64,000 bases of DNA from an uncultured Chloroflexia bacterium. GTDB taxonomy: Bacteria; Chloroflexota; Dehalococcoidia; GIF9; UBA5629. The notes beneath the pieces are model-generated. The model was not told where the DNA came from. It worked only from the letters and a program-made list of their open reading frames with translations, and did no database searches. Of the stretch, positions 58,680 to 64,000 are shown piece after piece (the stretch's first letter is position 1; each line of letters opens with the position of its first letter). The stretch spans positions 83,075 through 147,074 of the forward strand of contig CAWJIA010000016.1 in assembly GCA_963842805.1 (NCBI GenBank), in the 5' to 3' direction. Made by a program: the position numbers and the translations under genes.

Positions 58680-59117
58680 ATGAGCGCCTTCAATAAAGTC
58701 CTCCTGGCGATCCTGTCCGCCGCCATACTGGTCAGCGTAGGCGCCATTATCTATCTTCTGGTGACCCCGGCACCAGCCAACAGGTTCACTGAATTTTACC
58801 TGCTGAACGAGGAGGGAAAAGCCTCCGATTATCCGGCAATGGTCCATGCCGGCATGCCTGTCACGGTTACGCTGGGCCTGATAAACCGTGAAGGCAATAC
58901 CGCGTCGTACAGGATAGATACAGTCTCGAAGGGGACAACAATCCAATCCGTCAGCGTGCCCGGCCTCGCTCAAGACCAGAAACGGGAAGGAAAAACCAGT
59001 TTTACGCTGAACGACCCGGGCGATAATCAAACGGTAGAGTTTTATCTATTTATGAATAACGGCGATAAGCCGCATATCAAGGACCCATTGCTTCTCCGGG
59101 TAAATGTCGTTAAGTAG
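58680..59117 (+). CDS. membrane-anchored hypothetical protein
   Basis: An N-terminal TM helix LLAILSAAILVSVGAIIYLLV is followed by a beta-rich domain. Confidence 0.4.
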   Translation: MSAFNKVLLAILSAAILVSVGAIIYLLVTPAPANRFTEFYLLNEEGKASDYPAMVHAGMPVTVTLGLINREGNTASYRIDTVSKGTTIQSVSVPGLAQDQKREGKTSFTLNDPGDNQTVEFYLFMNNGDKPHIKDPLLLRVNVVK

Positions 59118-59213
59118 GCAGCCATATAGATTTTCACTAACCGGTTAAACAAGCATATACTGATAGTAATTGAGACGAATTATTAAAATTTAAAAAACAG
59201 GGTATAAGGAAAT

Positions 59214-60992
59214 ATGTGCGGAATTATAGGCTACTGCGGCAACAACGGTAAGGCGTCATCCATCATCTTCGAGGGACTGAAACGTATGGAATACCGCGGC
59301 TATGATTCCTCGGGTATAGCTATGCTTTCCGGCGACGGGTTGGTGGTTAAAAAAGGCGTGGGTACGCTGGAAGAGGTAAACAAAAAATACAAGCTGGATA
59401 AAATGCCGGGTTATATGGGCATCGGCCATACGCGCTGGGCCACGCATGGAGGCGTAACCCAGATCAATACCCATCCGCACTGCGACTGCAAAAATCAGAT
59501 AGCCGTCATTCATAACGGCATCGTCGATAACTACCAGGAACTGCGGGATGACCTGATCAAAAAAGGACATCATCTTATATCTGAAACCGATACCGAAGTG
59601 ATCCCGCACAAACTCGAAGATGAGATGAAAAGAGGCCGCTCGCTCGAGGAAGCTGTAATGCATGTGGCGCCCAGGCTGCACGGCTCTTATGCCTTCCTGG
59701 CTATCTCCACCAAAGAGCCTAATAAAATCGTGGGTACACGCAAGGGCAGCCCGCTGGTAGTCGGCCTGGGTGAGCATAAAGCTTTTGCGGCCAGCGATTC
59801 GCTGGCACTTAGCGGCCTGATCGACCAGCTCTATCTACTGGGAGATGGCGAAACGGCCGTTTTAACGCCCGCGAAAACAACGTTTTATGACCACACAGGC
59901 CGTGAAATGCATAAGAAGTTTATTAAGCCGGATGTAATGTGGGGTGAAAGCGAGAAGGGCAGTTACGACTACTTCATGCTCAAGGAGATCATGGAGCAGC
60001 CTAAAACCTTGATTGCGGCCGCCAACCAGGACAAGGAGAATTTCACCAGCATCGCCCTGGATATACTCAGGGCTGACCAGGTGATCATAACCGCCTGCGG
60101 TTCATCACGTTATGCTGCACTGGTAGGCAGGTACCTGTTTTCCAGTGTAGGCAAGAAATTCGCCGAAGTAGTAATGGCTTCGGAGTTCCAGTATTTTGCC
60201 GAATCAGTGGGTAAGAACACCCTGGTGCTGGCCATATCCCAGAGCGGCGAAACGCTTGACGTCATCGAGGGCGTGCAACTGGCACGCAAGGCAGGGGCCA
60301 AGATCGTATCTGTCATCAACAGGCCTCAATCCCTGCTGTGCGAGCTTAGCCATAATGTGATCTATTTGAATTGCGGCCCTGAAATCGGCGTTTGCGCCAC
60401 CAAATCGTTCCTGAACCAGGTGGCCGTACTATACTTACTTGCTTTCTCCATGGTCCATAGTTTCGATCTGGCTATGGACAACATCCGCAAGGTGGCAAAG
60501 CAGGTGGCGAAGGTGATCGACTGGAACCAGGATGAGATTGATAGTATATGCAAGCGCTACTACAAAAATAACGATTTTTATTTTATAGCACGCGGCATCA
60601 ATTTTGCCATCGCCTCTGAAGGCGCCCTCAAACTCAAGGAAATTTCTTATATTCATGCCGAGGGCATGCCTGCCGGTGAGCTCAAGCATGGCACGTTATC
60701 ACTTATAGAAAATGGCACGCCGGTACTGGCTATATGTCCGGCCGATTACACTTACAGGGAGACTTTGAGCAACGCCATAGAAGCTAAGTCCAGGGGCGCC
60801 AAAATCATCGCCGTCTCCGATGAAAATAATGAGATTTACGACCATTGGATCAAGCTTCCCAGGGTGCACGAGCTCCTGTATCCGATCGTGGCTGTCGTCC
60901 CCCTGCAGCTACTGGCCTACTACATGGCTATCAAGCGCGGGCATAACCCCGACATGCCCCGCAACCTGGCCAAATCGGTAACGGTTAAATAG
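59214..60992 (+). CDS. glmS: glutamine--fructose-6-phosphate aminotransferase (isomerizing)
   Basis: MCGIIGY is the N-terminal nucleophile Cys, and there are two SIS domains. At 592 aa the length fits. Confidence 0.9.
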   Translation: MCGIIGYCGNNGKASSIIFEGLKRMEYRGYDSSGIAMLSGDGLVVKKGVGTLEEVNKKYKLDKMPGYMGIGHTRWATHGGVTQINTHPHCDCKNQIAVIHNGIVDNYQELRDDLIKKGHHLISETDTEVIPHKLEDEMKRGRSLEEAVMHVAPRLHGSYAFLAISTKEPNKIVGTRKGSPLVVGLGEHKAFAASDSLALSGLIDQLYLLGDGETAVLTPAKTTFYDHTGREMHKKFIKPDVMWGESEKGSYDYFMLKEIMEQPKTLIAAANQDKENFTSIALDILRADQVIITACGSSRYAALVGRYLFSSVGKKFAEVVMASEFQYFAESVGKNTLVLAISQSGETLDVIEGVQLARKAGAKIVSVINRPQSLLCELSHNVIYLNCGPEIGVCATKSFLNQVAVLYLLAFSMVHSFDLAMDNIRKVAKQVAKVIDWNQDEIDSICKRYYKNNDFYFIARGINFAIASEGALKLKEISYIHAEGMPAGELKHGTLSLIENGTPVLAICPADYTYRETLSNAIEAKSRGAKIIAVSDENNEIYDHWIKLPRVHELLYPIVAVVPLQLLAYYMAIKRGHNPDMPRNLAKSVTVK

Positions 60993-61076
60993 CCTGCGCG
61001 TGGTCGATTCCGTCATACGCTCTATAGTATGGACTATATTGACTAAGCCTCATATTCCAGATACTCTTTTAAACAG

Positions 61077-61787
61077 ATGAATCCTGATAATCAAGATCTC
61101 AAGGTCATTGCCGTAATCCCCTGTTTGAATGAAGAAAGGTTTATCGGCGATATTGTAACCAGGGCTGCTAAATACGTAAATAAGGTCATAGTCGTGGATG
61201 ACGGCTCTACCGACCAGACTGCACGAACAGCCATTGAGGCCGGAGCGGACGTCATCCGGCACCCCGCCAGCCAGGGCGCCGGCGCTGCTACGAAAACAGG
61301 GCTTGAAGCGGCCCTCAAGAGCGGCGCAGACATTATCGTAACATTGGATGGCGATAATCAGCATAACCCGGATGAAATCCCTAATGTTTTAAAGCCTTTT
61401 GCCACGGGCGAAGCGGACCTCGTCATAGGCTCACGTTTTATGAGAGAGGTCTGCGTGCCGGTTTTTCGCAAGTTTGGAATCGATTTAATAACCTGGCTGT
61501 ATAATGCAGGCCACAAAAACAAGATTGTCGATGCGCAGAGCGGTTTCCGCGCTTATAACAGGAAGGCAGCGGAGGCTATGAACATCACCTACCCGGGCTT
61601 CGGATTTAGCATTCAGACCCTTGTGCAAGCACGCAAAAAAGGGCTGAAAATTACCGAGGCGCCTATATCCTGCATTTATCACGATGCAGGTTCCACCGTG
61701 AACCCGTTTATCCACGGTTTAAGCGTTACCATAGCCGTATTTAAAATAAGATGGAGGGAAGAATTCACCAAAACGGGTAGGAGCTGA
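61077..61787 (+). CDS. family-2 glycosyltransferase (dolichyl/polyprenyl-phosphate sugar transferase-like)
   Basis: VIAVIPCLNEERFIGDIV...VIVVDDGSTDQT is the GT2 DxD region. Confidence 0.8.
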   Translation: MNPDNQDLKVIAVIPCLNEERFIGDIVTRAAKYVNKVIVVDDGSTDQTARTAIEAGADVIRHPASQGAGAATKTGLEAALKSGADIIVTLDGDNQHNPDEIPNVLKPFATGEADLVIGSRFMREVCVPVFRKFGIDLITWLYNAGHKNKIVDAQSGFRAYNRKAAEAMNITYPGFGFSIQTLVQARKKGLKITEAPISCIYHDAGSTVNPFIHGLSVTIAVFKIRWREEFTKTGRS

Positions 61788-61792
61788 AGCGA

Positions 61793-62923
61793 ATGAAAGT
61801 CCTGTTCGTGCTGGAAAATTATTTTCCTTTCATCGGCGGGGCCGAGGTGCTATTTAAGAACCTGTGCGAAGGGCTGGTAGAGAAGGGCCACCAGGTCACG
61901 GTGATAACCAGCAGCTTACCGCAGGCTCCCTACAATGAGATGGTAAACGGGGTTGAGGTGCTGCGTGTTCAAACGCCCCGCAAAGGGTCCCGCTACTGGT
62001 TCACCTTACTTGCGATTCCATCGTCTATCAGGATTGTTAAAAAGTTCGATATAGTTCAGACCACGACTTACAACGGTGCTTTCCCGGCATGGCTGGCAGC
62101 CAGGTTGGCCGGTAAAAAGTGCATTATCACCGTACATGAGATCATCGGCTCCGGCTGGAAAGATATGCAGGGCATGAACCGGCTGACAGCATGGCTGCAC
62201 AGGTTTCTGGAATGGGTGATCGTGGCATTGCCTTTCGACCGCTACGTGACGGTATCACAATATACCGCAAAGCGTGTAGAAAAATACGGTATCCGTCCGC
62301 AAAGGATATCCGTAGCTTACAACGGCATTAATTACGATTTATTCAATATCTCCAAAGCGGACAGGCTCGCCATCAGGGAAATGTTGACCCTGAAGGACAA
62401 TTTTGTTTATATGTATTTCGGCAGGCCGGGCATTTCCAAAGGTGTTGAATATCTCATTGCTGCCGTGCCCTTAATATCTCAGGAGATCCCTGATTCCCGG
62501 CTCCTACTCTTGCTGGGCAAAGAGCCGGCCGAAGGCTTTAAAAAAATGCTGGCGCTGATCAAGGAAATGCAATTAGAGGGCCGGGTGATGGTGCACGATC
62601 CTGTACCGCGTATCGAGTTGCCCGGCTACATCGCCGCCGCTGATTGTGTCGTAGTGCCCTCCCTCTCCGAGGGGTTCGGGTTCACGGCTGCCGAAGCCTG
62701 CGCTATGGATCGGCCGGTAGTGGTTTCGGACGTTGCATCCCTGCCCGAGATCGTATCGGGCAAATACGTGCTGGTCGAACCCGGCAATGCCGGAGCCATA
62801 GCTGCAGGCGTGATTCGTATTCATCATGGAGACACTGTTATAACCGATAAGAAATATTTTTACTGGGCCAGCTGCATCGACAATTATGATAAAATTTACC
62901 GGCAGGAGACGGGTAACTCCTAA
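61793..62923 (+). CDS. family-4 (GT-B) glycosyltransferase
   Basis: The N-terminal GGAEVLFKNLCEGLVEKGHQVTVIT and C-terminal VVPSLSEGFGFTAAEACAMDRPVV are the EX7E-type motifs. Confidence 0.75.
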   Translation: MKVLFVLENYFPFIGGAEVLFKNLCEGLVEKGHQVTVITSSLPQAPYNEMVNGVEVLRVQTPRKGSRYWFTLLAIPSSIRIVKKFDIVQTTTYNGAFPAWLAARLAGKKCIITVHEIIGSGWKDMQGMNRLTAWLHRFLEWVIVALPFDRYVTVSQYTAKRVEKYGIRPQRISVAYNGINYDLFNISKADRLAIREMLTLKDNFVYMYFGRPGISKGVEYLIAAVPLISQEIPDSRLLLLLGKEPAEGFKKMLALIKEMQLEGRVMVHDPVPRIELPGYIAAADCVVVPSLSEGFGFTAAEACAMDRPVVVSDVASLPEIVSGKYVLVEPGNAGAIAAGVIRIHHGDTVITDKKYFYWASCIDNYDKIYRQETGNS

Positions 62924-62938
62924 CAAAGGAGTTGTAAA

Positions 62939-64000
62939 GTGAGTTTTAAAAATAGAAATGTCCTAATAACCGGTATCAGCGGCTTCGTGGGGTCTTACCT
63001 GGCCGACCACCTCATTAAACAGGGAGCTCACGTTTTTGGCCTTTTCCGCAGGCGCGCCGACGGTATATGTCCCTACAACCTTAAATGCCTGGGAATTCAG
63101 GACGACCTGAGTTTAATGGAAAGCGACCTGCTGGATATATCCAGCATAGCTTCAGCTCTCGACAAGGGCAAGCCCGACTATATCTTCCACCTGGGGGCAC
63201 AATCGTTCGTGCACCGTTCGTTCGTTTGCCCCAGCGAGACCATGGACATCAACTGCGGAGGCACCAGCAACCTGCTGGAAGCAGTGCGCAATAAGGGCAT
63301 CAACCCGGTCATCGTCTTTGCCGGCAGCAGCGAAGAATACGGGCTGGTTATTTACTCGGATGCGCAGTACAAAGCAGCTAAAAAGAAATATGGAGTCATT
63401 TCCCCTGAGCCGCAAAAGATTCCTGAGGTGCCCATCACCGAGGAAAACCCGCTACGCCCCATGTCCCCTTACGCCGTCACCAAGCTCTATGGTGACTTCT
63501 TGATGAGGAATTATCATGCCAGCTACGGGCTGAAAACCGTCGTATCCAGGGGATTCAACCATGAGGGGGCGGGCAGGGGCATCATGTTCGTTACATCCAA
63601 CATCACCCGGCAGGTAATGAAGCTAAAGAGGGGAGAGAGCGATAAGATAGTAGTCGGCAATGTCAATGCCTTCCGGGACTGGTCACATGTGACCGATATT
63701 ATTAAGGGCTACTGCCTGCTGGCTCAGAAGGGTAAATACGGCGATGTGTACAATCAGGGATCGCAGCGCACCAACTCCGTTATCACATACCTGCTGCTCA
63801 GCCTGGAATGCGCCGGTTATAAAGTGGAGAAAATTCAGTCGATCAAGGGCAAGAAAGCCGTTTCTCACCCCACTGCAGCAGACAGGACCAAATTCTCGGG
63901 GCTCAGCTTTGAAAAAACCAAAATCGACCAGATGCTGCTGGACGGCAAGATCGAGTTCACGGCTGAAGACGGCGGATTAAATGTTTTTACCGGTAAGGGC
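62939..64000 (+). CDS. NAD-dependent sugar-nucleotide dehydratase, GDP-mannose 4,6-dehydratase family (3' partial, runs off window)
   Basis: GTG start with an AAGGAG SD 8 nt upstream. The Rossmann motif is VLITGISGFVGSYL. VVSRGFNHEGAGRGIMFVTS matches the GMD-type FNHESPRRG segment. The frame is open to the window end. Confidence 0.7.
   Translation, partial: MSFKNRNVLITGISGFVGSYLADHLIKQGAHVFGLFRRRADGICPYNLKCLGIQDDLSLMESDLLDISSIASALDKGKPDYIFHLGAQSFVHRSFVCPSETMDINCGGTSNLLEAVRNKGINPVIVFAGSSEEYGLVIYSDAQYKAAKKKYGVISPEPQKIPEVPITEENPLRPMSPYAVTKLYGDFLMRNYHASYGLKTVVSRGFNHEGAGRGIMFVTSNITRQVMKLKRGESDKIVVGNVNAFRDWSHVTDIIKGYCLLAQKGKYGDVYNQGSQRTNSVITYLLLSLECAGYKVEKIQSIKGKKAVSHPTAADRTKFSGLSFEKTKIDQMLLDGKIEFTAEDGGLNVFTGKG

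Overview
This is bacterial DNA, probably from an anaerobe, judging by HdrABC, Fhs/FolD, a tungsten AOR and a glycyl-radical enzyme. It falls into three compositionally distinct parts; GC values are by-eye estimates.

(1) 1-27500, about 47% GC. This is a catabolic island. All its genes are on the minus strand. It contains:
- a split PEP-synthase/rifampin-phosphotransferase-like kinase, resembling the phenylphosphate-synthase alpha and beta subunits
- a UbiD decarboxylase, a UbiX prFMN synthase and a HAD-like protein, which together look like a phenylphosphate-carboxylase-type module
- an OYE ene-reductase with a GltD-like Fe-S flavoprotein
- GlcD/GlcF-like dehydrogenase subunits
- an AorABC-like tungsten aldehyde oxidoreductase
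- an SDR, an LMW phosphatase and atypical LuxR-type regulators.
Three copies of a ~135-bp element sit upstream of three of its operons. Each copy carries a conserved sigma70-like -35/-10 pair plus the palindrome GCGCTATTTGCGC/TTGCGCAA. The island ends at a tRNA-Ala(CGC) next to an N-terminally truncated large serine recombinase.

(2) 27600-48800 and 53500-64000, about 58-62% GC. This is core metabolism:
- an RRM protein, an ACD-beta-like protein, acyl-CoA dehydrogenase, pyrD, thiolase, surE, argC and tRNA-Glu
- hdrACB with a hydrogenase maturation protease, then folD and fhs
- crotonases, hbd, a PFL2-type glycyl radical enzyme, queA, glmS, two glycosyltransferases and a gmd-like gene.

(3) 48875-53300, about 35-45% GC. 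This islet encodes a DUF4062-NACHT STAND NTPase flanked by two divergent HEPN-motif proteins. It is a candidate, apparently undescribed, defence system. It is bracketed by degenerate partial copies of the fhs 3' end and of the 5' region of a DUF2905 gene.

No CRISPR array or rRNA was seen.
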